Notes under the pieces: model-generated
Database searches by the model: none
The model's input: only the letters and a program-made list of their open reading frames with translations
What the model was told of the DNA's origin: nothing
Translations under genes and position numbers: made by a program
Shown here: positions 1 through 13,700 of the stretch, one piece after another
Position numbering within the stretch: the first letter of the stretch is position 1
Layout: each line of letters starts with the position of its first letter
From: Callorhinchus milii
Taxonomy: Eukaryota
Length of the DNA stretch: 64,000 nt
Direction: 5' to 3'
Assembly (NCBI RefSeq): GCF_018977255.1
Contig: NW_024704743.1
Span: forward strand, 24,678,001 to 24,742,000

Positions 1-306
1 CTTATCACGTCTTTGAGACATCTCAAAGTGCTTCACAGAATATATGTAAAGTGAATTGACTGTCTATTTTGTGGCTACAACACAGCAGCCAATTGCGCAC
101 AGCAGCGTCCGACAAAACTGGATCCACTCAAATCGTGGATTGAGTGACCACATTATTAATATTTAAACTTTTTTTTTAAGAGTATTATTACCCCCAGAAA
201 AGCGATCCGCCAATCGATAAACAACCGGGTTCCTATTTACTGCTAAGTGAACAGCACTGGTCTCGCTTGTGAGACTAGTGCTCTGACCACTAAGCTACAG
301 GACTCC
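1..306 (-). mobile_element. tRNA-headed Deu-type SINE (tail cut by window edge)
   Basis: Reverse complement of the head GGAGTCCTGTAGCT and core GCTGTGCGCAATTGGCTGC seen in the 61272 copy. Confidence 0.85.
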
Positions 307-406
307 ATTGCAGAAAGCAGAGTACTTGGAATGGCATAATTTTTTTTATTTGAAAGCCTTTTTATTTTGTAAAAGATATTGGGCGAAAAGTGCATTATGA
401 TGTGAT

Positions 407-755
407 AACAACAACAACTTGCATTTATATAGTGGCCTTCAGGCTAGGTAGCACTTGACAGTTGTGAAGTCTGATCCCAAGCCAGGGGGAGAGGGAGGGG
501 GTATTTGACCATAAGCACGATCAAAAGGGAAGGTCTTTAGATGGGAGTTGAAAGTGGGGAGGGAGGGGGCAAGGTAGAGGGATTGAGGGAAGAGAGTTCC
601 AGAGGGTGGGGGCAGAGAGACTGAAGGCCCACCTGGAGCAGGTAAAGCAGGGGACATCAAGCAGGCCAGACCCTGCTGAGCGGAGGGGGCAGACAGGTTG
701 ATAGGGGTTTAGGCGGTCACAGAGGTGCGGAGGAGCAAGGCCGTTGTTTGAACTC
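407..755 (-). mobile_element. L2-type LINE 3' fragment
   Basis: (TTG)n tail; translates to ..[18 protein letters not shown], same as other L2 copies. Confidence 0.8.
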
Positions 756-1475
756 ACATTGTGTAGATCTCAGCATTTCAGTATTGGCTGAAGGAACACT
801 GACAAATTTAAAACCATTTGAATGAAATTGTGATGTGAGGAAGGGGGGGGAAACAGAATATACCTGTGGCTAGTCAACAACTGGCATATCTCCGGAAGAA
901 GAATGTCCTATTGATGTGATATCAATGTGATATGTATGAATGTGATAATTGTCACATCAGGTACCATATTTTCACCCCTTTCTTTCATTGTTGATTTTCA
1001 GTCTTATGTTGAATAACCATTCTGAATTCCCCAGCCCCCACCCCACGCATAGAGACAGAGACGGACTGAGAGAGAGACTTCAACACGAAGGTTGTCAGCC
1101 TGCGGGGGGGGGGGGGGGGGGGGAGGGGGGGGAGATAGGGAGTGTGAGAGGGGCTGAAGGAGTCCTCTCCCTTGCAACAAAGAGCTCTCCTCTTTGCTGG
1201 CTTCATTTGCGAAAACTTGAAGAATGACAGCCAGAACTAGCCTGCTTGTTGATTATAATACTGTGATAATCTTTAATACAGCAAGTTTCATATTGGGAGA
1301 CCATCTCAAAGCATTTCACATAACTTACAGTAATGTGTAGTGAACGTAAAGCAGTTGAGCTGGAGCAGCAGATTCTGGCAGAGTACTATTCTCCAGAATT
1401 AGATAAGATACCTTTATTTTCTCTGGTATCATTTCCCATTAAATGGATTGGAATTAAATAGAATGGATCGGGTCT

Positions 1476-1621
1476 TCACCTCCCCTCTCGACTCTCTACC
1501 CCCTCCTCGCTCCCACCCTTCCCTCCCCTCACCCTGACCATTTCCCCCCTGCTCGGGTCCCGACCCAACTGTCCAGTGCCTTGGGACGTCCTCCCGATGT
1601 GAAAGGCGTTGTTGTTGTTGG
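1476..1621 (+). mobile_element. Young L2 3' tail fragment
   Basis: Near-identical to 50015-50180; ends GTGAAAGGCG(TTG)n. Confidence 0.85.
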
Positions 1622-4029
1622 AAGGAGGAGAGAATAGGCACTTCCTATCGGAAGTGCTTCCCTCAGGCTACTTATTCTTTTTGATTAGAGATCAGCTATG
1701 TTTGAATTGATTCTGAAGAATATCCTTCAATACAGACAGGTTATCCCATTTTAGAAGAAGGAAGTTCACTTCTCCTTAATAGTTAAATATTATTCATAAA
1801 AACATTAGTTTCTTGCCAATCTATTAATAACACTAGTTTTGATAAATTTTTGCTGGCTTCAAATGGACAGAGCCTTAACCACATATATCATGATGCTTGT
1901 CTGTTAGGGTATTATTTTGAGAAACTGCCTACACTTCCAGGTTTCACTGGTGAGCCAGACATGCTGTTCAGTTATTAACAAGGATTTAGATTAATGGCTT
2001 TGCTAGAGAGGTCCAAAAAGATTACACTTTTTAATCCCAGTTCAAAGCAATGTGGAGGAGGAAGTACAGTATAAGTCAGGTTTGTTATTCCAAACCTGTT
2101 ATTGTTATAGACTCCTTGAAGCCTAAAATAACTAAAACAAAACCTTTCTACACTGGCACTAATAAATGCATATTAACAGGGTAAATATCTCTGTAGTTTG
2201 TCCAATAACAACAATTGTCATTTACATACCACCTTTCACGCCAGCTATGATTCATGTAGCTGACCGGGACTCCGAGCTGGAGAGAGTCTGGGTGGGGGAG
2301 CTGAGGAATCTTTTTCTGAATGATATTTAGGACTATTAAGGAGAAGTAAATGCTTCCCCCTTCAGCACCCTTTCCTCCAGGAGCACATTTGTCCAGGTAA
2401 CAAAGGTGAGATATGGCTACTGCATTTAAATCAGTCTCAGTGAAACTTGGAAGCATGGACACTTTCTCAAAATAATTCCCTGACAGACTAATTGATCATC
2501 ACTGGATAAGGAGGGAGCATTCTTACAGCTTTCCAAAAACAGCTTGGATAATAATGTTCAATTATTAGCCCATAATTCTATGTTGAGTAAATCCTTTTTA
2601 TTTCTTCTGGGAGATGCCCTACTTTTGTCATCCATCTACAGTTCATTTGCTTCTCATTATTTTCTCTGCTGACTTTGCATTTCTTTCTTTTCGGTTTAAT
2701 TTCTGTTCTAGTTCTAATTTTCGGGTTTCCAAACAGTTAACCTGGCCATAATCCATGTATCATCTCAATTAATTTTGACAAGTGTAAGGCAGAAGCCAAG
2801 GATTGGGGACTCTAGAGTGTGCTTTGTGGTACTGCTGGAGTCTAACCAGCTAAAACCACACAGCTTTACATTGATAGCACTATCTGGCAAGTTTTCCCTC
2901 TGCTTGTTCATACCACAATATCATTAAGAAATAGATCCTCGTAGTTGTGAAATATAGTAGCACAAAGATGATGAACATATTTACTGAAATAGATAATCCT
3001 TGCATTTGTAGTGCCTTATCAAGTTATCAAATTCAGGGCACCTAATAAAGCTTTTACTGTGAGGTGAAGTGGCTGTAGTTGTAGGCCAAATAAAATTTTA
3101 GAAATATCTTATGTTTGTCAACATTTGTGTTCTTGTGCTCACTTGTTATTTTGGTTCTGTTAGCAGCTCTACTGCCTCTGGGTCAGAAGATTATCGTTTC
3201 CAGTGAATACCAGTGCCTGATGTCATAAACTAGATCAAGATGAGCTTCAAATGTTGTAATCAAACCAGTCCTCTGTGGTGGCCTCGGTAGTCTGGTTCCT
3301 GAGCCATTTGGGTCTGTATTAAGCCAGGGCGCTGCTGATAACAGACCCAGCCAGCCTGGCTCGTCAGCAGGATCAGGGATAGGGATTCTGTGGAAATCCA
3401 TCGCGATGCTTACGAGCATCCAAATGAAACAGAGTTCCCTGCCTCTCACCTAAACGTGGTAATTCCATTGTATTGGAATTTTTGTAAAGAGCTTTGAGAT
3501 GTTATCCTATGTGTTAGGCATCTCGAGGTGCTCTTATATTGAAAGGCCTGTTAACTCTGTCAGATTTATTTCCTGCCTATCTAGAGTACAAAGCAGCCAG
3601 AGGAAGTATAACTTTATGTTTTGTGTTGCTGCATTGTGTTCCAGTCAGATGTGTGATAATTCCTGCTAACATTTAATTTGAGGGTTTAGCTCATTTGCTG
3701 GTGGTATAATAGGAATAAGTGGACAGAACGTTGCAGAGTGAATGCTACATGTTTTGACTGGTAGAAAACTTATGATGAATCTTTAGTCCAAAAATAAAGT
3801 TGTTGATTTTTATGATAGAATACTGATGGAGGCATGCCTCCATTAAATGTAATTGGGAAATACCAACACTGAGAGAAAGGTTCAAAGCAAAACAGAGAGA
3901 AAGAATAAATGTTCATATTTGTGAATCCATTAATTTCCTCTAAATCCCTTTCACAGATCATAATCAGATCAGTACATAGTTGGTACAAGTGCAACCTTAG
4001 AAGTAAGATATTATTACAGGTATTCACAA

Positions 4030-4600
4030 TTGTTACACGTAATTTTTGCCGCGTTTCGCCCACAAAATACAGTCAATCCACTTTACTGTATATCCTATGA
4101 AGCGCTTTGAGACGTGTTGAAGAGGTGATAAGGCGCTATATCAAATGCAAGGATTATTATATTATTATTATTCTATAGCATGCTTGAGATCCCATAATTA
4201 ACATAAAACATGCATTTCTAATGCATATTTTAATTGTTTTGGTCACATAAACAAGTTATGAATTTTAGTTAACATGTTGCAAATATTTACTGTGGTTTTC
4301 TTTGGTGGTTAAGGTAATTAGATTACACAGAGGATAGCTAGAAGATGTCTTTGATAATAATAATCCTTGAATTTGATATAGTGCCTTATCACATCTTCGA
4401 AACATCTTAAAGTTCTTCACAGAATATATTGTAAAGTGAATTCATATTTTGTGGGCTGCAGTTAATTGTACACAGCAATGTCCCACAAATAGTTGTGGAT
4501 TGAGTGACCAAATTATTTATTTTGAAGGATTATTACCCTTAGAAAAGCAATCTACCAATCGACTAACAGCTATTTACTGCTAGGTAAACAGATTAGGATC
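4030..4600. mobile_element. Two truncated SINE copies in opposite orientation (about 4030-4172 +, 4355-4595 -)
   Basis: Deu core and GCGCTATATCAAATGCAAGGATTATT tail. Confidence 0.75.
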
Positions 4601-4719
4601 AAACATGCTTGTGGAAAACAATCTGCCAAGAAGTGGTGCATTTTTCTTGCTCGCTTCAGTGGAAACATCCAGGAATGTGTGCTTACCTTACCATGAATTT
4701 GAATGTTAATACGTTGCTT

Positions 4720-4744
4720 CTAAATATTTTCTGCAATCTCCACT
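4720..4744 (-). CDS. COL6A6: Tentative final coding exon (QVEIAENI*)
   Basis: TTTCAG acceptor after a 93-nt intron; in-phase TAG at 4722-4720; no homology support. Confidence 0.35.
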
Positions 4745-7700
4745 CTGAAATGAACACATAGTATGTTATTCACTGAAAATGATGCTTACAGTCATATCAT
4801 GTTTGTAAATGTGGTATTGGATGTCTACAGAACATACTGCTTGAAACTGGGAGTCATTTTTCGTTTTCCAATTCTATCTTCAGATTTTATTCGTTGGCGG
4901 CATTTCCTCACTAGAGCTGCAGGTGGATACTTGTTGATTCCAGCTGTAAAATAAGTAAAATATTATACTTTAGAGACACAGCACTATACCTTTACCAAAA
5001 AGAAATGATCAAAGTCAGATTATTTCATTCAGAGAAGTTCAACTTAAGAATGAATCTAGAAATGCCTGTAATCCTGCAAAAACAATTTACAACTCAAATT
5101 GAGGAACTTTAAACAAACAGACAATATGTTTTTATACAAAAAACATGATAAGCAATCAACATTCAAAGTTAACCCATTTCAATATTAATGAACTATCGAT
5201 CCTTCATCAATGACATTGACATGGAATGTGATTTCAAATCTGTTTTCATTGATAGAATTTATTCAGGGTATTAAGGGATATGGGGAGAAAGCGGGAAATT
5301 TGAATTGAAAAGATTAGTTGAGGTACAGATCAGCCATGGTCTAATGAGATGGCAGAAAGACTCGAAGGGCTGAACAGCCTCCTCCTGTTCCTATGTTCTT
5401 ATGTACTGATCAAATTGAAAAATAATCAGGATTCCAGAAGGTTCATCTTAAAATAATTTCTTCAGAATTATTTAAACTACAAAAGTGCTTTGCCAGTCAT
5501 CCCCGACAATCTTCTGACTCATCACTTAATTCTCCCATTCATTGATTGCTACTGCCTCAACTTCCATGGTATCATCCTCTTGATTATTGTGGCATCTTAT
5601 GGAGTAAGGCACCTCTGAATTTTTCTTTTCAAGATTTGATACAGCTCCTAGCTTAGATTAATCAATAACTTGAATACTCTCCCCTCTATTCATATATCTA
5701 GATCATTTATATATAAAACAACAACTTTTGTGGTTTTCCAAACTTAATCAGCATAAGGAACAGTATAAGGAATACCTGCAAATGGTACTAACTGCATTTC
5801 CAGGTTAGTTGGCAAAACACTTGACAGGAAATTGACTCATATATTCTAACATCAGAAGATAATAAACATTGGGTGTTGGGGCAGGGAGCAGGCAGCATTT
5901 AAATTAGAATTAATCATTATTGTCCGAACTGATGTGTGTAATGTCTATTGATAGTTTCACCTACAGATATGTTGCACTTACTTGACAGGTTATTCAGGAA
6001 AGCCAGTACAAACTTCTGTGCATATCCCAGTTCAGCCTCCAGGGCTCTGTCCAGGCGAAGTAAATGTTTTTCAAGAGGAAAACTAGCAAAATTCTTCAGG
6101 ATCGTGCTATTAGTTCCCCTCCCAAGGGCTAATGCAAACATTACAAACCCTTTACATTTGGCTTCCCATGAAACTTGCATTAACTTTTTCTTGTCCAAAA
6201 TATTTGTTTCCCCTGAAAAGATTGTAAAAATAACCTTGTACTGTTTCTGATCTGGAGCATTTAAGAAAAAGTTGTTCAAGCTCCACTCAATGGTATTGGC
6301 AATGCTAGAGGAGCCGTCCACCTTAAACAATGCGTCTTGGACGTGTCTCTTCTTTATGGATTTTGTGGGATAATCTAGAATCGCCAAATCCAGGTTAAAC
6401 GGATCATTCCCAAATCTTGGTGCGTAACCTGGTGTGTGTTGTACCAGAGCCACCCTGGGATGAGGCATAGAGTCCTTTGACTCTGAGGTACTTAGAAACG
6501 TGTCAAACATTGAACTCAGGAAATGCTGAACTGTCCTCGATTCTGCAGCATTCAGTCTTTCTAAGTCATCAACAACAAAAGCCATGTCCAGGCTTAATGG
6601 TACAGTAAGCGATCGAGGGGCTGATGAACACGAGGCATCTGGGTTACACTCATCTGTGAAAGAAGATTACATTTCTGATGTTAAAATCACATTCCTTTTA
6701 GTTTNAAAAAAATATTGCTTGCTTGGGTTACTGCCTTTACCAGTTGGGTTAAGATTTCATGCACACATTCTTGATATCACTATTGGTTTTATGCAATACA
6801 TAAGTGTTAAAGTTTAGAAATAAACCTTTTTAAAAAACTGCACGGGAAATAAATATTTGGTACGTTTCAATCATACCATAGCAGAGTCTGCATAACCGGA
6901 TATTTTGCAGCATTTCTCTGGAGGATTGCATCTGCCTGGGTAGGACAAACACTGCAGATTCCTCCCCACCTTGAGCCTTGATAAAATGAATGGGAAGAAA
7001 AATGCAAATTTAGAAACAAAGTCCTCATTTGGAAATATATATTATTTTTGGCATATGTTTACCAAGTACGTGAACCATCCAGACAGGTTTTATAATGAAA
7101 TACCATATTTAATAACAACAACAACTCTCCGAACACGTCTGCAACCTAGGCATCAGGTTTGTTAGATTATAGAAGTTGTAGTATAATAATAATGAACACT
7201 GAACAAATGTAGAATGGAGAAAGTACTGACAGTCATGGGATAGAACACATCTGGTTTTCTCTGTTTTTGAGAAAAGAACAAGACAGCCTTGGAAAAGGGC
7301 AAGGGGTCACCTCCTATCAGTAAGTAACAATAAGCCCACAAAGATAACGGTCTAAGTTACCGGTCGACACAGGATCTCGATATAGCAATAAGTCGCTACA
7401 TTCTGACAGGGCCTGCCAAGCGACAGAAGGCAACCCTCAAGAATAGCAACTAACGGGCAAGTTGCTTAAACTAGAGGACCTTGGTACCATCCTGGGATAC
7501 TGATAAGAAATAACCAGTCACTTAAAAGCAATGCACTAATGATCCCACACAACAAAATAATGAGCACCAGATACATCCCTAAACCAATCCATCTTCTATC
7601 TTAGACTGGACAAAGGGAAGACCTTATGGAGACTCAAGTCAGGCTGGCCCAAGCCAGATGGTTAATTAACCTGAGTACGTAACTGTATCAGAAGTGGGCC

Positions 7701-10700
7701 CCTTACCCTTATCTGACTTTTAAGACCAGACAGTGGGGAATGAAAAAAAACCAACAGGCACTGATCATGCGCGCACGTGACACTGGACAATGTAGTGTAT
7801 ACCTTGATTGGCTACAATGGTGTATAAAGGTTACAGTGTAATAGGGTTAAAGTTAGTTAACTCCAGAGCAAGTCTGCTGGGACTTCTTGACTTGAAAAGG
7901 AAGGACAAAGAAGAAGGTGAAAGCGTGGAGCAGAGAAGACCGAAAGCTGGAAACAAACTGCTAATGTAAAGACTTGTTTGCAGAAAAGACAAAGTGCTGA
8001 ATCAACAAAGTCCTGAATCAATGAAGTCCAGTAGTATTGCTCTGCTCTGAATAGCTAGTTTTAGTTGTGTAGGCTTTTTTATTGTGTGGTTTCCTATTTT
8101 ATACCTTTTATACCTTTTTACCCCATATGTGAACTCATAATTGCTATGTAATAAAGCATTACTGGATTTAGACAATAAACTTGATGTATTCAACCAATAT
8201 GGTATATTGAGATTGAACCTTATTCATTTAATCTGGTAACCGGTTGCAAACGGAGACCTGATTTCCTAACAGGTTCGACCCCCAATTATCCTTTCTCACC
8301 CACAGCCGGTCCCTCACCAGCACCGTTTTCTTCCACCTCTGAAGCATCGCCCGTCTCTGCCAATACCTCTCCCCAAAAGCCGCTGAAACCCTGGTCCATG
8401 CCTTTTTCACCTCTCGGCTGGACTATTCAAATGCCCTCCTCACTGGTCTCCCCTCCACTACCATCAATAAAATCCAGGTCATACAAAACTCTGCCGCCCG
8501 CATTCTTACCTGCACCAAACTCCGCTCCCTGATTACCCCAGTCCTTGCCAGACTGCACTGGCTGCCTGTGCCAGAGGACTGACTTCAAGATCCTCACTCT
8601 TATCTTCAAATCCCTCCACTTCTCTGCACCTCCCTACATCTCTGACCTCCTCTCTCCTCACAACAGTGCCCATTGCCTTCACTCCACCGGGTCTGGCTTC
8701 CGCCTTGTCCCCTGAATCCTCCGCTCCACCATCGGCGGCCGTGCCTTCAGCCACTATGCCCCGACGCTCTGGAACTGCCTTCCTCACTCCCTTCGCCTCG
8801 CTCCCTCTCTTCCTATTTTCAGGTCTTGGCTGAAGACCTTTCTTTTCGACCACGTCTTTGGTCACCTTCCTCCCCCTCCCCCTGGCTCGGCCCCGGGATC
8901 CGTTACTGTGAAGCGCTCTGAGATGCCGTCCGGTGTGGAGGGCGCTATATAAATCCAAGGTGTTGTTGTTGATATTTAATACCACAAAGTACAGTCAATT
9001 CACTTTACAGTATATTCTGTGAAGGGCTTTGAGATGTCTCAAAAATGTGATTAGGCGCAATATCAATTGCAGGGATTATTATTGTTATTATATTGTGCTA
9101 CCCGACTGTGGGCATCACCCAGCTCTCTATCCAATTTAATTTGGTTTGCCCTGGATCTTGTTTTTAGTTACATAAAAAAATGTTTTTACACAAAGGATTG
9201 TGACAATGTGGATTACACCATTTTAGAAAGACTAAATGTAGAATTCATTTGAGATATTTAAAAAAAAGTAAGAGAAATTGACATGTGGGAAATAAGGTTA
9301 CTAAGAGACATGAAGAGAAGGTTATTCAGATTACAAAGAGATATGGAGAGAGGGGAAATAAAGTTACTAAGAGATAGAGAGAGGGTTGCCAAAGGTACAG
9401 AAAAACAAACAACAAATCACTTTTATTCATGTTGGAAGGATGTCCCAAGCCGCTGGATAGTGAAGAGTTTACACCCGAACTGAGGGTTATAATCAAGAGT
9501 GTTGGAGGTAGGGGCTGGGAGGATGGTCGAAAGCATGGTCAAAGAGGAAAGTCTTGAGATGGATCTTGTAATAATAATAATCCTTGCATTTGATATAGCG
9601 CTTTTCACGTCTTCTCGACTTCTCAAAGCGCTTCACAGAATAGACTGTAAAGTGAATTGACCGTATATTTGTGGGTGAAATGCGGCAGCCAACTGCGCAC
9701 AGCAGTGTCCCTCCCTTGCCTTGTAGAAGGCAAGGAAGGGAGCAACAAGGAGGGATTCTGAGATTGAGCTCCAGAGGGTTGGGACAGAAAAGCTAAAGGC
9801 CTGACCACCATTGGTGGAAATTAGATTTAAAAATCTGCCCTGATCCAATGTACAGCACAACGGACACAACAGGTCACTTCTTTGGAGGTTGTTTCACTGC
9901 ATTACCAATTGAATTGGTAATGCAGTGAAACAATTGGTATCAGAATTATAACAAATGAGGGCAAATTATTTCACTTACCTTAAAAGCACGTTGTATTTTT
10001 GGGACCGCATTGAAAGAAATAACAACTGGAATGATATTGGAAGCTTGTAATGTCATGGCAGCTGTGGAGATCGCTGTGGTGTCTGGGGAATCACCATTAG
10101 TGATAAACACTGCTATTTTCCTCACAAGTACACCATTACGAACACGCTTAAAAGTGTTTCTTGCCACAAACATCATCACAGTGTTAATCTTCCGACTGCT
10201 GGTAGATTGTTCATGTTCTAGTTGCTCTATTTTGTCCAGAAGCAGTTTCTTTTTCTTAAAGTCTGAAAATCTAATAGAAGTCTGTACTGTGGTGTTGGAT
10301 GTAACAACAGACACGCGGGCACCAGTTGGACAATTGCTTTCAGCGATGTTAACGTCCTGCAGAAGAGTCAAAACTACTCTCTTCATTCTTAGAAACTCGG
10401 CTTGTGTGACATCTGCAGACACGTCTAGAGCAAACACCAGCTCAGTGGGATATGCAGGACATCCTCTTCCTGCTGATACAACACACACACACACAAGGTA
10501 TTAATATTGACGGAAGACATTTATATAAAAGGTCAATTAACAAGTATTGTTAGTCATTGGATATAAAATTCAATATTACTTACTTTTTGAACAACAAGCT
10601 GCAAGTCAAGAAAATGAGAATTAACAATTGCAGTTACAATGATTGGAATACTTAATTCATTTGCCTTCAAAACCTGTGTTCATATCTCTAGGTATAGAAT

Positions 10701-13700
10701 AAGTGTGCATCCTCCTTGATCACCACTCATCATCCACCTCCCTGGGCCTGCACTCTCCTGGCTCCAATCCTAACTGACCCATCCCTCCACTTGTCTCCTC
10801 GAATGGGTTCTCTTCCTGTTCTCACACAGTCCTCTGTGGACTCTATAGGACTCTATCCTCAGCCCCCTCCTCTTCCACATCTACATGCTCCCTCTTGGTA
10901 ACATAATTTGCAGACACAGGTTTAATTTCCATGTCTGCAGATGACACTCAAATCTACTTTTCAACTTCCACTCTTAGTTCCAGGTCGACTGATGTTCTGT
11001 CCACTTGTCTGTCAGACATCAATGCCTGAGTGAGCTAAAACATCCTGCAACTAAATATGGACAGGATGCAATCATTGGCTACCGCCAACATCTCCCCTTT
11101 TCCGGGTCTGACCTCCTCAATCTCTGTCCCAAACGCTAAGAACCATTGCATCCACTTTGATCCTCAGTAACCATTTCTCCCTCACATACTGTCTCTAATT
11201 AAGATTGTTTTCTTCATCACTGTTTTTACATGCAGATCCGGGCTGCCTCCAAAAATAGGCTTTCCTGTCAGACAAACCAGTCAGGCAAAAATGGTATTAT
11301 AGTGGGCCTTGATAAATTGATCCAATAAGCAATCATGCGCAATCGTTTAGTCTGAAACACCTTTTCAAATTATTTGCCTGTCATTTTGAACACCCGCTTG
11401 GCATAAACAGGCCAAAAATATTCTTTATTGATGCCAAAGACAGCATTTTAATGCTGCTTCACAGGATATTTTTTGGTTAAACCTGTTATCTTATTTTTGG
11501 CTGCACAGTAATGCGGCTGCAAATTGAGCTGAAGGGATGTAAATATTATTAATTAAAATCCCCCTATTTCTTAACAGATTTGTTGTGATTATCTTCAGCT
11601 GGACTCTGTTATGAAATGTCACATTTTAAACTCAATCGAGTCTAGATACCTTTGCTAATTTGTAGTTTTTGGTGGCATTAAGTCACTAAAGTTTTCAAAT
11701 CTCTCCCAAGAAACCTTACAGCAGGATTTTTGAATTTACGACTTTGTTTGCAAAGGTATACTTACGACAGTTTTTTCGCACAAATGAAATGAGTTCACAC
11801 GTCTAATAAAAATTAAAGAAAGCAAGGTAAGACAGAAGCATCAGATAGTGTACAAATATTATTGACAGCTACGTTCTACTTATGTATAATAAGTTACTCA
11901 CTGGCAGATATCTCTTGCCTGGTAGCCCTTTGGGGCCCTGGAATGAAGAGAAAATAAAGTTATTTTTCCATGAACAGGAGAAAGAAGAAGATAGATAGAA
12001 GGGAGGGTATTAAGAGAATGCACAAATGGGATTAAAAGATCTGCCATGATCTAATAAACTGATGGGACAGTCTCAATGGGTTGTCCTATTCCTATAGTTA
12101 CTACCGTGCCATCCTGTTATTCCACACTTCCTTATAATAATAGTAACATCAACAACAACACTTGGTTGAGATGTCTCAAAGCGCTTCACAGAATATTCTG
12201 TAAAGTGAATTGACTATATGCAATAGTATATGTATCACAGCAGCCAATCGCACACAGCAGTGTTAATACATAATATAACTTATATATTATAGCGGCAAAT
12301 TCAGTTATAATGCAGTTGCACTGTGGATCCTATTCACTGTGCATGCAGCTTTCACACCAAAAAGGCAGACTTCTGGGTTATTAGATCACCGCCAAAGTCA
12401 CTTCCTGCTTTGTTCTGCATACGCAAAGCAAGAAGTGATGTTGAAAGTGTCCTGATGATCCATAGGTCAGTCATTTGGCTTCCCACACTAAAAATGACCC
12501 CCTTAAGGGTTATCAAGTGACCAATACCATCACTTTCTGCAGTAACCTGTTACCTGGAAGTCAGCCATTGTTTCTTTTAGCATGGGAATTAGTTGGCACA
12601 GGGAGGAAGCCAGCCTGCACATGAGCAGTGAAACCAGCCATTGTGGCTTGATATACTGGGTTGGGGATTTTATGGATCCCAACCACCACTATACAATGAT
12701 TCTAAATGGCTTCCACTGTTTTCTTCACCTCTCCTGTTGCCACTCTATGCAGGAAGCATCTTCCACTGGCTCTGCTTCTGATTTTCCGCCTTAACCTGGA
12801 GGTGGAAAGCGGCAGTGGGGTGTGGGTTGGGTAAGCACAATTGCACATAAAATGTGCAGTTTGAAAGTGTTCTCTGCTTTAGAACAAGAGAAATGACATG
12901 AAAAATAATGCATGAGCCAGCGATTAGTAGGACCTGTTCCAATACATTTACTTTCATTTTCCGGACAGTTGATAAGTGTCCCGTATAACTGCATATCTTA
13001 CCCTTGGTCCTTCATATCCTACTGATCCATCTACACCAGGATCACCGGAATGGCCAGAATTACCCTATAATGACAAAAGTATTGGATTATTTCATTTTAA
13101 CATTCAACTACCATCCTAAATAATCAGTGAATGATTGGGGTGAAAATGTGGAATGTGACAATTGTCCTCAGGCTCTACGTCTGGAGATGTTACAGCAATA
13201 GCTGTCTTGGAAGACCCTTCCAATTCCCAGAATATTTTTAAATTATTTATTTTCGCCCCCAAATCAATCATTGCAGCTGCTCAGACAACATTTTTGGACC
13301 CTGTATTTCACTGCTAGTTCCCAGGTTACCAACTCAACTTTTACAATTCATAATTATCGCAACACATACCACATTTTTAAGTCTATGTATTACTACAGTT
13401 GCTTGTTACTGCGCGCCTAATTCAATTGGCCGTTCATTCTTTGATGTTCCATTGCAGCCACATGTTACTTAAAAATTTACAGAGTGAAAAGTGGAAAAAA
13501 TGATTCACTACCCTGTGCTCCTAATTTCTCTGCTCTGATGTCTCTCCTTATCAAAGAGATTGGCCTTTGTGTACACCTAAAACAGTAAACCGACTGAATT
13601 CAATGGCTCCACACTCACCTCCAGAACCGAAAGTAAGGTGTCTCAGTCCACTTCAATGTATTAACTGATTTAATGATTATCTTACCCTTTGCCCTCTTGT

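Noticed and set aside
1104..1140. Poly-G tract (also poly-C near 16810 and 59990) as a functional G-quadruplex
   Set aside because: Simple homopolymers with unreliable length and no supporting context.
860..4063. Kunitz or extra C-terminal exons (e.g. ORFs 3770..4063 and 2148..2462)
   Set aside because: No Kunitz cysteine spacing or VWA motifs, and no phase-consistent splice sites found.
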